Below are positions 11,076 to 23,099 of a stretch of 39,925 bases of DNA, piece after piece. A program made the position numbers and the translations under genes. Source of the stretch: Jimgerdemannia flammicorona (taxonomy: Eukaryota); contig RBNJ01000130.1 of the NCBI GenBank assembly GCA_003990765.1, positions 1 through 39,925 on the forward strand. The letters are read 5' to 3'. Under the pieces are notes generated by a model, which made no database searches, was not told the origin of the DNA, and was given only the letters and a program-made list of their open reading frames with translations. Numbering within the stretch: the first letter of the stretch is position 1; the number at the start of each line of letters is the position of its first letter.

Positions 11076-12381
11076 CTTTGGTCTACTTTCTGATATAAAG
11101 AAGACTGATTTTTATCTGCTTATTAGATAAAATCTAAAGAACTTTGAGATATCTACAATATTTTGGTCTGCTTGTTAGACAAAACCTAAACTTTCACTGC
11201 TAAAGTCTAAGTAAAGAACTTGGCTACTATTTAGAGAAATCTGCCAAAATGTTATATTATACAAAATCTATACCTAATAAAGAATTAGCTAAAATTATCT
11301 ATATTATATATATAAATAAAAAGAATTTAGACTTTTAGAAACTAACTGAATATTTTATTACTTTTTGATAAAGTAACTGAAAGCTCAAGCCAATCTATAT
11401 AGTTACTCCAACCTTATAATTTATCTTTATTAAGTCAGTATATTATATCTAGAAATATAACTAAGAAGATTTTAAAATTTATATAACTTTTTAGCTCACA
11501 GAACTCAATAGTCAAACTGGATATATTTGATATAATATTAATCTACTATTATAGAAAAACAAATCATCAGTAGTATTTAGATAAAAAGAGAAGTAAATAC
11601 CTCAAAACTTGCCAACTATCTATTATTAGAAGGATTCTAAAAAGAAGTCAGAATAGTATAGAATCTTCTACTATTATTAGCACAATTACTAAGTCTATAT
11701 ATAATAAATATATCTGAAGTATCTACAGACTTACTATTAAGAGACCTGATTCAGTCAGATCAATCAGACAATATAGATCTCTCTTCTCAAAATTTTAACA
11801 AACTTATATAAAAACTTAAAGACTATATTGTCTAATTCTGATTCTCTTTAGAAGTCTCATCTATTTTACCTTTATCAGAACCAGTAGACTCTGTAAGCCC
11901 AGCACTTTTAAAAATACTAAAAATTATATCTATATTCTAAAGACCAAGTATTATTTTTCAATACTCAGTATTTTAATCAGATTTAGTATACTTATTAAAA
12001 TAGTAATAGAAATAGATTTAGAAACCAAGAAAGAACTAAAGAACAGTGATGATAAAATAATAGTATTACTATTTATATTTACAAGATACTCTGAAGAAGA
12101 TATAAAAGAATTTCTAAATATATTTGAAAAAATTATAGTCTTAAAAGGCCTTACTTTCAGAAGACAGATTGTTATCTTCAAAGTAGAGTTAAGAGAACTA
12201 GCTAAAGGAATCTTTATCAAAACATCAAATAATCTGAACTCTGACTTAAAACAAAACCTAGCTATAGTAAACTACTACATATATAGATCAGTATGAAACT
12301 ATCTCTCACTAACTCATTGAGAAGTATATAGAAACTAAAACTTACTATAAAGCTCAAAAATCTATTATAGATATAAAGATG

Positions 12382-12397
12382 AATCTTGAAAAATCTC

Positions 12398-12429
<32 letters not shown>

Positions 12430-12442
12430 CTTGAAGAATCTC
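12382..12442 (-). mobile_element. Poly(A)-only retrotransposition scar with 16-bp target-site duplication
   Basis: aatcttgaaaaatctc (12382-12397), T27 plus AT, then aatcttgaagaatctc (12427-12442). Confidence 0.7.
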
Positions 12443-12982
12443 TATAAATATTCCTTATAAAAATTTAGAAGAGAATATATACTGCTGAATTCAGTACTAT
12501 CAATTAAAACATTATTAGTCCAATAATCTTTATAAATAGAATCTCTTTTAATATTACTCAGTATATCTATATTCTTAATATTAAGAGATCTGATGAATAA
12601 ATAGATACTATCTAAAAATACTTTGATATTAAGTAAGAAACTATCTAGAATAATAAAAAGAAAAATAATAAAGAGGACCTTTTGGTCAAAACTCTCTAAA
12701 AAATCCTTCAAGGAAACTCAAGAGAGAAGGAATCTATAAGAGAGTAGAAGAAAGATAAGAATAAAATTCAAGACATTAGTTTTAAACTAGACTAATTTAT
12801 CAGAAAAATAAAAAAAAACTCTATATATAAAAATTGAAGCTACTTATAAGATAACAGAGATTATATACTATAAGAAAACTAGAACTATCTATCTTGAGAA
12901 AACATAAGTTACTTATTAAGAGATAAAAGAAGCTATCTACTCTAGGACAAGACTTAAGTTTAATATTATAACTATGAATAGC

Positions 12983-13447
12983 TGTAATGGTTCTAGTTTC
13001 TTTAAGAGGAAGCAGCTAAATCTGGAAGTTCTGATTGGCCTAAAGTAGCTCAAAGAGATACTTAAAGATTTAAGTATTCTTGAAGAATTTCTGAGAGAAA
13101 ATATTCTGAGCTTTATTCAGATTGAGAATAAGGATATTTATATATAATCTAAAAGAAAGATCTGGAAGGATCTTGGAAAGAAAGAGAAATGCCAAGAAAT
13201 AGGTTCTTGGCAAAGCTGACAAATACTATTCTACAATGTTCCAAAAGGTTCTATAACTAACTGAGACAAAATACTTAGTGCCAAGGAAAGACAAGAATGT
13301 TCTAATAGTGTCTGAGTATCAAGAGAAGGTTTCTAAGCAAGTAGAAGGTACTAGAACATAGTAGAATATTCAAGAAATAATAAGAAAAGACTGACTAAAA
13401 GATGCAAAAAATGTACTAAGACTAAATATGACTGTGAAATTGTTACA
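12983..13447 (-). repeat. 3' LTR of element B
   Basis: Direct repeat of 18626-19090, adjacent to the PPT. Confidence 0.95.
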
Positions 13448-13779
13448 TCTGTCCCTCCTTAAGAACCAACATCCTCATTGAGTTCTTAGATAATATAAGG
13501 CTAGATATACTTAATAAAAATTTCTCAAACTTAAATTGGTACATTGGTGGAGACTGGTCATCCTCATATAGTGCAGAGGGCCTATTATCAGACTAACCAA
13601 CTGGGAGGGGTTTGAACCCAGCTAGTAGCTTCATTTTGGTAGACTTCTTGTTTATTAAATATTCTGCTAGTTCTAGGGTCCCAAAGTAAACTTTTGATAT
13701 ATAAGGTACTGGTCATTGCTATAAGTTGTCAATAATTCAAAGAAGTCACTATAGAGATTGGATAATGTATTTTATCTTA

Positions 13780-16700
13780 AAGTTTTGAACTAGATCTTGA
13801 GAGTTCTTAAGGTTGACCAGTGGTTCTCAGATAGTATCATATTCAGAATAACCCATTCACTTGACTAGGTATTTAGGACAGTAATAGTAGATTCATTTGT
13901 CAAGAATTTTCTCAGCTTCATACTTGATATGGTCTTCAATAATCACAGGGGTAGAAGGCTTAGAGATTCAACCAGGGTAGAGTGGTGACTGATTCCAGAT
14001 CTTGAGGTATAATATATGAAAGACTGGGTGTACTCTCATGGATTCAGGTAGCTTGAGATGGTAGGAGGATGTAGAGACTTGTTCAGTGATCTCAAAAGGT
14101 CTAATATACTTGGGTTGAAACTTGTTCAAAGAGTGGTTAACTTGAGATTATATCTTGAGGTTCTCAGTAAACAGTAGAACTTGATCTCTAACAGTATAAG
14201 TAACATCACAGCATTTCTTATCAGCATACTTGGCTTGATGCTGTTGAGTCTTCTGAAGGTTCATAGTAGCAATCTTGAGTAGTTTATCTATTTTGTCTGT
14301 AAGGTTCTTAGTGGTTGGGACTTATATTTGACTGGTTTTCTTGAAAGGGAATAGACTTGCAGGGGTCTTGGGATCTTGACCATGGAGTAACTGGAAAGGA
14401 GAAAGACCAGTAGATAATTGGACAACATTGTTGTATACAAACTCTGTATAAGTCAGATAGATGTCCCAATTATCTTACTCATAAGAAATATAGTTTCTAA
14501 GCATTTGTTCTAGAGTTCTGTTCATGCACTTGGTTTGTCTATCAGTTTGTGGATGAAAGGCAGTAGATATGTATAGCCAATTGGGTTCTCAGAGTCTTGA
14601 AGATGGTTTGCCAGAAGTAGCTGGTGAACTTGGGGTCATAATCACTAACAATTACTCATGGTAGACCATAGTGATGGAAGATGGACTTTGAAGAAGATTC
14701 TTGCAATCTCGAGTATAGTAGTATTAGTAGTGGTTGGTTCAGTAACTATAGTCTTGGTCAAGTAGTCAACAAATATGATGATAGCATCAGCACCAGATTG
14801 AGTTCATGGTAGTTGAGTTACAAAGTCCATAGTGACTTGCTTAAACTTCTTGATAGGAATTGACAGTGGTTGTAGCAAACTGACAGGTGCTTGGTTGGTA
14901 GACTTATTGTACTAATATAGATTACAGCTGGATAGTTCTTGATTTCCTTGACCATATTTGGCCAATAGTAGTAGCATTGGATATTCTTGATGGTCTTCTC
15001 AATTCCCAGGTGACTGGCAAGAGAAGAGTTATGGTGTTCTTGCAAAACCTTATAGTATATATTTATGTTTTCAGGTAGATAGACTTGGTCTTAATGATAG
15101 ATCAGATTGTTCTTGACAGTATATGTATCCTTGAGTTCATTCAAGAAAACTCTAATGGCAACTGTGTCTTCTTTATAAGCTTGCCTGATTTGGTCTAGGA
15201 ATTCTGATACTAAGGTGACTTGTATGATTATGGTGAGGTCTGGACACCTTGACAAGATATCTGGTACTACAAGTGTCTTGCCAGACTTGTAGATAATCAT
15301 CAGATTGAAGGTTTGAAGCTTGAGGCTTCACTTGGCTTATAGATATAATAGAGTAGATTGGATATTGATGTACTTGAGAGAATAATGATCAGTAATGACA
15401 TCAAACTCAATATCTTCTAGATAGTATCACCAGTGGTCTAGTGCATATATTATTGCTAGTAGTTTCTTCTCATGAGTAGCTAGCTTTTGTTCAGCTGGAG
15501 CCAGCTTGTGGGACTCAAAAGTAATAGAGTAATGTCCTTTGCCATCATCTTGTAACAGAACTACTCTAATAGCAAAATTTGATACATCAGTAGTGACTAT
15601 GAATTTTAGGCCTTGATCTGTATTATGCAGAACTGGGGCATGGGTCAGGTGGTTCTTGAGTTCTTGAAAGGCTTTTTGACAGAAGAGATTCCAGGTATAG
15701 GGTATATAGTGGTCTGAGTGTGAGGCCTTTCTCATGAGGTTAGTCAGTGGCTTAGCAATACTAGAGAAGTTTCTGACAAAGCAGCAGTAATAGCCAACTA
15801 GACCAAGAAAGGATTAGAGTTCTGTGAGGTTCAACAGAATGGGCCATTCTTCAATTGCTTCTATCTTGTATAAGTCTACTTAAATTTCTTATGCAGAGAT
15901 AATATGGCCAAGGTATTTGACTTGTTCTTTGAAGAATTCACACTTCTTGAGCTTAGTATAAAGCTTGTATTTTCACAGAATCTCCAGGACTATTTGAATG
16001 TATTTGAGGTATTCTTCTTTAGTTATACTAAAGATCAGGATGTCATCAAGATATACCAATAGGAAAATAAATAGTTGGTCCTTAAATATCTTGTTCATCA
16101 GAGTCTGAAATGTGATGGGTGCATTGGTAAGACTAAATGCTAAGACCAGGAATTTGTAGAGTCCAAAGGGGGTCATGAATACAGTCTTGGGAATGTCTTC
16201 TGGCTTGATTCAAATCTGGTGGTATCCTGACATGAGATCTAACTTGGTGAAGTACTTGGTATTCTTGAGAACATCAAAGATTTGATCAATCAAGGATAAT
16301 GGATAGTGGTTCTTGACAGTGAGTTTGTTGAGTGCACAATAGTCTATATATATTTACAGGGTACCATCCTTCTTCTTGATGAATAAGACTGGTGAGCCAT
16401 AAGGAGATTTGTTTGGCTGAATGGCTCCTCATACAAGTAGTTCTTCTAATTCCTTCTTGACTGCTTCTATTTTAAGTGGTGATATACAGTATATGTATTT
16501 CTTGGGTAGTACAGCTCGTGGGGTCAGTTCAATTTCATGATCAACTTCTTGTATTGGTGGTAGGCTAGGTAGCTTATCTGGAAAGACATCCTTGAATTCC
16601 TCTAGTAATAGCTTAATGCTTTCATTGACTGATAGTCTCTTGTCTTATTTCTTAAGGAAGATTATTACAATAAAGGTATGTATTGCCTTCTTGAGTGCTT

Positions 16701-18535
16701 TCTTATACTGTATAGCTGATAGTGTTGCAATCTGGATCTTACTCATGATCTTGTCTGTCTTAATCATAATATTGGCTCTATCTTAAAGTAGGGTGACTTA
16801 ATTCTTATACCAATCAATGTCTGGATTTTATTTCATAAGCCAGGGTTTTCCTAAGATTAGATCATGATCTCCTAATAATATAATCTCAAAGTCTACTCAT
16901 TTCCAATATTTCTGAATCTTGATAGACAGTTTTGTGGCAATTGACTTAATGGGGTGCAGAGTACCATCTGCAGTAACTATACTATTATTCTTGAGTACAG
17001 GCTTGGTAAGGATCTTGAGGTTTTTGATGAGATTCTAATTCTGATTGATGAAGTTCCCTGCAGCTCTGCTGTCTATGAGTATTTGAACTTCTTTTCCTTT
17101 GACTAGGCCTTTGAAAATGAGCATAGCTTGAGCTTGATTTTCACAAAGATTTGCTGCTTGATTAGTGCTACCAAAATCCTTTTGATCTCATTTGGTTTCA
17201 GAGAGTTCTTGGACTTCTGTAATCTTGAGTTGACTGGCTTTTTCCAGGATCATTTGCATGACTCAGTCTCCTTCTTTAACTGTGTAGTCTTGATCCTTCT
17301 GGTTGACAAGCAAGACTTGAACTTGTTCTTGAAAGTCTGGGTCAATGACACCAATGTCTACATCTAAATGATGTTTGATACTGAGTTCTGATTGCAGTAC
17401 AATTCTAGTATAATGTCCTTCAGAACATTGGACTGCAATTCCAGTAGGCACCAGAGTACAGCCCTTGACTGGAATAGTGATTTGTTTGACTGAGTGTAGA
17501 TCAAGACCAATGACTTCTTCTGTTTAATATTGAGAAACCTGGACCTTTGGATGAAGCTTCTTGACCTTAAGTTGACTAGTAGTGAAATTGACAGGTATGT
17601 TCTTGGACAATATGGTGACTGGTCTTGAGGGTTTGCTAGTCTTCCTAGAATATTTGGTTACAATGTGTCCTGTTTGGTAACAGAAGAAATAAGCTCTAGA
17701 TTTCTTCAGACAGTCCTTTTCTTCAGGGGTGAGCTTGGTATTCTTTTTATTCATAGTGTCTATATCCATTGATACCAGGCCAACTGTCCTTGGTTGATTT
17801 CTGTGATGGTTCTTGAAGTAGTTCTTTTTGTAGTATTCTGATTCAAAGTGGTTGTCAAAGATAATGATATCAAATCTATTGGTAATTCTCATGGCTTCAT
17901 CAAGAGTTTTGGACTCTTTTAGCTTAATCTTGACTTATGTATTTCTCTTCAGACCTTGGATATAGCAGTCTATCTTTTCATCCTCAGATACTGCTGGTAG
18001 TTTAAGTAGGATTGACAAGAATTGTGCATTATAGCTTTGTATAGACTTAAGTTACTTGACATTTGCTAGCTTGTCCCTGGCTAGCTTTGTGGCATTAGTA
18101 GGCTTGAACTGCTTGTGAAGAACTCTCTTGAAAGCTTCCTAATCTCTAATTTATGCATATGAGTGTACAGATATAACCATGATATAATTATGCCACCAGA
18201 TAGCTACATTTCCTCAGAGAAGTGTGGTGGCAAATTGGACTTACATATCATCTTCCATTCTTGTGAGCTCGAAGTATTTGGAAGGTCCATGTATCTGTAG
18301 ATAGTCCTCCTTGATGGCTATCAAAGATATCTGGCTTGAGTGGCTTGAAACTGACTATTACTACAGCAGGATGTAATGTTCTTATAGTTTGTGTTTTCTG
18401 ATATTCTAGTTGTGCTTTGAGTTCTTGAATTTGGTGGGCCATGGCATTGATCATATCTTCTATATTAAGCTGCAATTCTCCTACTTCTTCTATAGTAGAG
18501 GGGTCTGGCTGGTAGACTGTCTCTTTGTAGCTCAT
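13780..18535 (-). pseudogene. gag-pol relic of element B
   Basis: Knuckle relic YFFCYQTGHIVTKY; PR ILIDSRAAGNFI; RT LLVYLDDILIFS; RNase H TTDVSNFAI...HEKKLLAIIYAL; integrase EHHNSSLASHLG...YYWPNM; chromodomain YEAEKILDK...YLVK*MGY...*EPLVNL (13780-13922). Many transition-derived stops. Confidence 0.95.
17200..17570 (-). pseudogene. dUTPase domain of element B (between gag and protease)
   Basis: LKVKKLHP...GLDL...VPTGIAVQ...GVIDPDFQEQVQVLLVN...VKEGD, matching trimeric dUTPase motifs 1-4. Confidence 0.9.
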
Positions 18536-18625
18536 TTCGAATTTATGTGACTAGTTGTAATTGGTTTCCAAATTCATGTGAGATTTCTTAATAAGACAAG
18601 ATATAATGACACTACTGCTACCAAG

Positions 18626-19090
18626 TGTAATAGTTCTAGTTTCTTTAAGAGAAAGCAGCTAAATCTGGAAGTTCTGATTGGCCTAAAGTAGCTCAAAGAG
18701 ATACTTAAAGGTTCAAGTATTCTTGAAGGATTTCTGAGAGAAAATATTCTGAGCTTTATTCAGGCAGAGAACAAGAATATTTATATATAATCTGAAAGAA
18801 AGATCCAGAAGGATCTTGGAAAGAAAGAGAAATGCCAAAAAATAGATTCTCAGCAAAGCTGACAAATACTATTCTACAATGTTCCAAAAGATTCTATAAC
18901 TAGCTGAGACAAGATACTTGGTACTAAGGAAAGACAAGAATGTTCTAGTGGTGTCTGGGCACCAAGAGAAGGTTTCTAAGCAAGTAGAAGATACTGGAAC
19001 ATAGTAGAATATTTAAGAAATAATAAGAAAAGACTGACTAAAAGATACAAAAAATATACTAAGACTAAATATAACTGTGAAATTTTTACA
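18626..19090 (-). repeat. 5' LTR of element B
   Basis: Direct repeat of 12983-13447, adjacent to the PBS. Confidence 0.95.
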
Positions 19091-19887
19091 ATAGTTTAGA
19101 CATTATACTATAGAATATAATAATAGAAAAAATAACTAAAGAGATTAGAAACCACTCAACTAGAAAAATGTAATATAGTATAAAAGACTAAATCCTAATC
19201 TGAAAAAGATTATAAAAAAAACAACAGTAAAGACTATAGTAATTTAGACTTATATCTTACTAAGATTAACTTTAGAAAAATAGTCTACTCTATAGAGAAA
19301 AGAAAGGTAAACAAAAACAGACCAGTCAGAAGGCAGAAAAGGAGAATTGTTTAGAAAGAAGAAACTAAAGATCAGATTGATATACTCTCTCATTCTCTTT
19401 TATCTTTTATCTCTAGAATTGATGAACTGCTGTTAAGATCTGTAGATAAAGAAATAAAGCAAGAGAAATAAGAGTAAGTTTATTTCAAACCCTAAGAAAA
19501 AATATATCTGAAAGATTATACCCTAAGATATTTATAATAAAGTATGAAAAAAAAATTCAAGAAGTCAAGACAGAGATCTCTCTCTTATAGTTCTTATAAT
19601 TAATATCTATAAAACAAACTATTGAAGACCACTAGATATAGTATAGACTAAGTCTTAATTCTATAGTAAGAACTAATACTAATTACTATCCAAGTTATAG
19701 AGAGATATGTATATTAATATCTATCTATATTGAAATATTAATAGATAAAGGTAAAAATTCTCATTAATATAAAAGTAGCTATCTATATCATTATAAAAAG
19801 ATTTCTAGATATTCTCTAGTGGCCCATTGATGGGCCATCTAATCTCAGTATCATAGTAGTAGATAGAGCTTGAACTCAGTTCTTAGG

Positions 19888-21762
19888 TATAAGTATATAA
19901 TCTTCAAGTCATCAAAATTACACATTACCCTCAGAACAAATTCAGAAATCACATATAAGATTACAAAGCTGAGTCAAACTGAAGTTACAGATCATGAAGC
20001 TAAGTCAACTTAAAGTCATAAAATATAAGATATATAGAAATAGAATCTTACTAATTAGAACTAAAAGTATATATGCTGAATATATAATATATTAAAACAA
20101 AGAACTATAACAAACTAAAATCACAATCATAACTCTCAAATATATACTCAGATATGACTACTGAAGTCTATAACTATATCTATGCTAATATTTAGAATAC
20201 TTTTATCAACTGAGCCAAAGTACCTCTACTTTTTATAAATATCCATAGTCTAGTACCTCTCTATTTTATAGAAGTATAATAGAATGCCCATGCCCTAAAT
20301 ATGCTTAGTAAGGCTTACTGAATTAGACAAATCTCAAGCTACTACTAGATCAGCCATCTCTTGAAAGATATAGTTAACCACTATCATGATATAGATATTA
20401 CTAAAATATTACAATACTAGAAACTTATTATTTATAAATACTGAGAACTTTTCTATAAGTATAGCATCTTTATCTTCTGTCTCCAAGTTACTATTACTGA
20501 AATAGTTACTATTCTGACCTATAGCCAAATCAACAATATGGTACAAAAACTTGACTACAAATATATTGAGTATACCCAAACTACCAACAGACCCTTTCTA
20601 TACTCAGATAACTATATTCTGCAAATATCTTAAGTGGGAAATATCATAAAGGATATTTATAATATAATCCAGTTTGATAATAATGAAGCAAAAGACAATA
20701 ATCTCTCTGATACAGATATGACCTCTAGCTAAGAATCTCTGCCAACTCTAATTATTTTGCCAATCTTATTAATGAACTTATAATAGTTCATAACTGACTA
20801 TAAGACTTATTAGAATAATAACTACTAGTATAAATACTAATCTGTATTTATATCTAACTACTTCAACTATAAAAAAGAAATAGAAGAATATAATCTATAT
20901 CTCCAGACAACTCTTAAGATAGAATCAATGACCCTACTTTCTGAATATGAGTGATATGAAGAACAACTATCAGTCTACTATAACTCTACAATATATAATA
21001 CCATAATCTACTAAGGTATACAGATAGTGAATCTGATGAAAGTGAAGATGAAACACCTCTTCTCTATTCATTAATACTATATCTAGTATATACATATATA
21101 AAACTAATGAGGCTATTCTATAAAATGACAACTTTGTTCCAATATACTACTATATGAATAAATAGAGAGATATAATCCAAAAACTGCTCTTCTAGATAAC
21201 TACTTCATTAGAGATAATGTCATCAATAGTAATCTCATTGAAGAGTATCTAGATAGTTTTCTATTAGTATAAATATCCTCTCCCCCAGACCTCAGAAATT
21301 TAGACAAGAATACTGATAAGAATCAGATAAATACTTTCTCATATAAATATCTCTTCCACACTACTCTTAGTATTAACTAATAGTAATATCATAAATAGTA
21401 AATAAACCTATTTAATAATCTACAAACTACTCTTAAATAAATCTACACTATATTAGGTCTCACTTCTAAATAGATCCAGAAATTTCCTAATTGAGTATTG
21501 TTTATAATAATATATCAATTTAACTAAGCTGGTCTTAGTTTCTTAAACTCTCTGAAATAAGAAAATTCTGAATATCTAGAACAAGTCTGAAAAGGACTTT
21601 GGTTGAGATATCAACTCGATCTTAAAATCAATAAGTATAGAGGATATACTCTATATAAAATTGATCTTGATCTTAAGAAAATAGTCTTTTAAAATATCCA
21701 GAACTTCCAGAAATACTCTCTCAGAACTATATAACAGTACTCTAATAAAGTACTTTCTTATA
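19888..21762 (+). repeat. 5' LTR of element C (1875 bp), containing a relic of the U3 ORF from 20154
   Basis: Colinear with 32624-34662. Termini TATAAG...CTTATA are transition-mutated TGTAAG...CTTACA. Confidence 0.9.
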
Positions 21763-23099
21763 ACTTAATAGTAGTAGTTTATAATTCAATTCTACTTCAA
21801 GATACTTCCTCATCTAGCTATAACTCTCTGTAGAAATTTCTATAAGTTAGTATAAAGGCCAACTACTGAACTGGAATTTATTCTGAACTATTTGACAATT
21901 AGAAGTAAATTAAACCTGATATATAAGAATAATTAGATCTCTATATTTGCAACAAGTAGAATAAGCTTCATATATAAAGAAGTACTCTAATTAAATTAGC
22001 ATATAGATAAAACTCTATATACCAAACTTCTTATTCTATATCCCACAAGTCAAGATAAAGAAGGTCTTATAGAAGCCTTCTTTACTCTTCTCAATAAGAG
22101 TTATATAAGCTCTACAAATTTAAGTAATCTAGGACAACTAGCAGTTATCTTTCTAGCCTTAGTTCTTTATAAAGCCCAAGACTCTATAGCCAAGTAGCTT
22201 ATCTCTACTGACTCTCACTATACTAGGACCAAGACTGCTCTATACTACTATTTCCAAAATTGCAAGACCTGCTATATTCTTAAAGAAGAAGTCAGAAAAA
22301 CCCTTTATCAACAATCAGACCCTGAGTCAAAAGCAGGCTCAGTTAGAACCTTACCTAAATCTGAAACTGAACTGAAACCTAATCTCAAAGAAGCTTTTGA
22401 TATAAGCCTATCTAAAATCCAATATATATTAGATACTATTTACTTTAATACTAAATAAACCCAGCTATATAAAGATCAAAATAAAAAAGAGGAGGAGTAT
22501 CTTACTAAATTCAATCTCAGATATACTATTAAAAAAGACACATATATCTATCTTAGGACAAAATATATCTATAAAACAACAGATAGTTATCTATCAGACC
22601 CTTATATCAGATTCATAATAGTTATACTAATAACTTATATAAATCCAGAGAATACTATCACACTCTACACTAGTATCTCAAGTCATATCAGTAACCTCAT
22701 TATTAGTAGTTCAGCTATCTCTTATAAATAATATAGTAAACTAATAAATTCTAAACCTCATAGCTCAGATAGCTATTATAGTAGCTACTATTACTATCTT
22801 AGCTAAACAGACCTGGCTAACTAAAAGCCTGAGTCTACCTATCTTTAATAGTATTATATAAGAAGTCCAAAACTTCATTAGTATAATAGATATCAATTTT
22901 GAAGCTAATTAATAGACCAATGAGTGAGTTATTGACTATCTTCTGATAAATAACTAAGACTATACTATCAAATAACTCTTTACTACTACTATAGCTTATG
23001 TTTACTAAGTTGTTATATTCTTTCAGAGACCTGCTAAAGAATAGTGTCAAACTCTTCCAGAAAAACTTCTTATATAGAATATCTGCCCTATAGTCATTG

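Larger units (their letters stand above)
12983..19090 (-). mobile_element. Gypsy chromovirus B, full length and decayed: gag-dUTPase-PR-RT-RH-IN-chromodomain
   Basis: Two 465-bp TG...CA LTRs, TSD atagc/atagt, PBS TGGTAGCAGTAG (initiator-Met-like) next to the right LTR, PPT AAGGAGGGACAGA next to the left LTR. Confidence 0.95.
10611..19887 (+). mobile_element. Gypsy element A, heavily degenerate; interrupted by B, cut by C in the protease, 3' part missing
   Basis: Gag-like DIKEFLNIFEKIIVLKGL...LRELAK (~12100-12210). A CCHC relic YYNYE*LRHYTIEY is reconstituted across the B insertion. Protease relic KILINIKVAIYII...WPIDGPSNLSII at 19750-19887. Confidence 0.7.
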
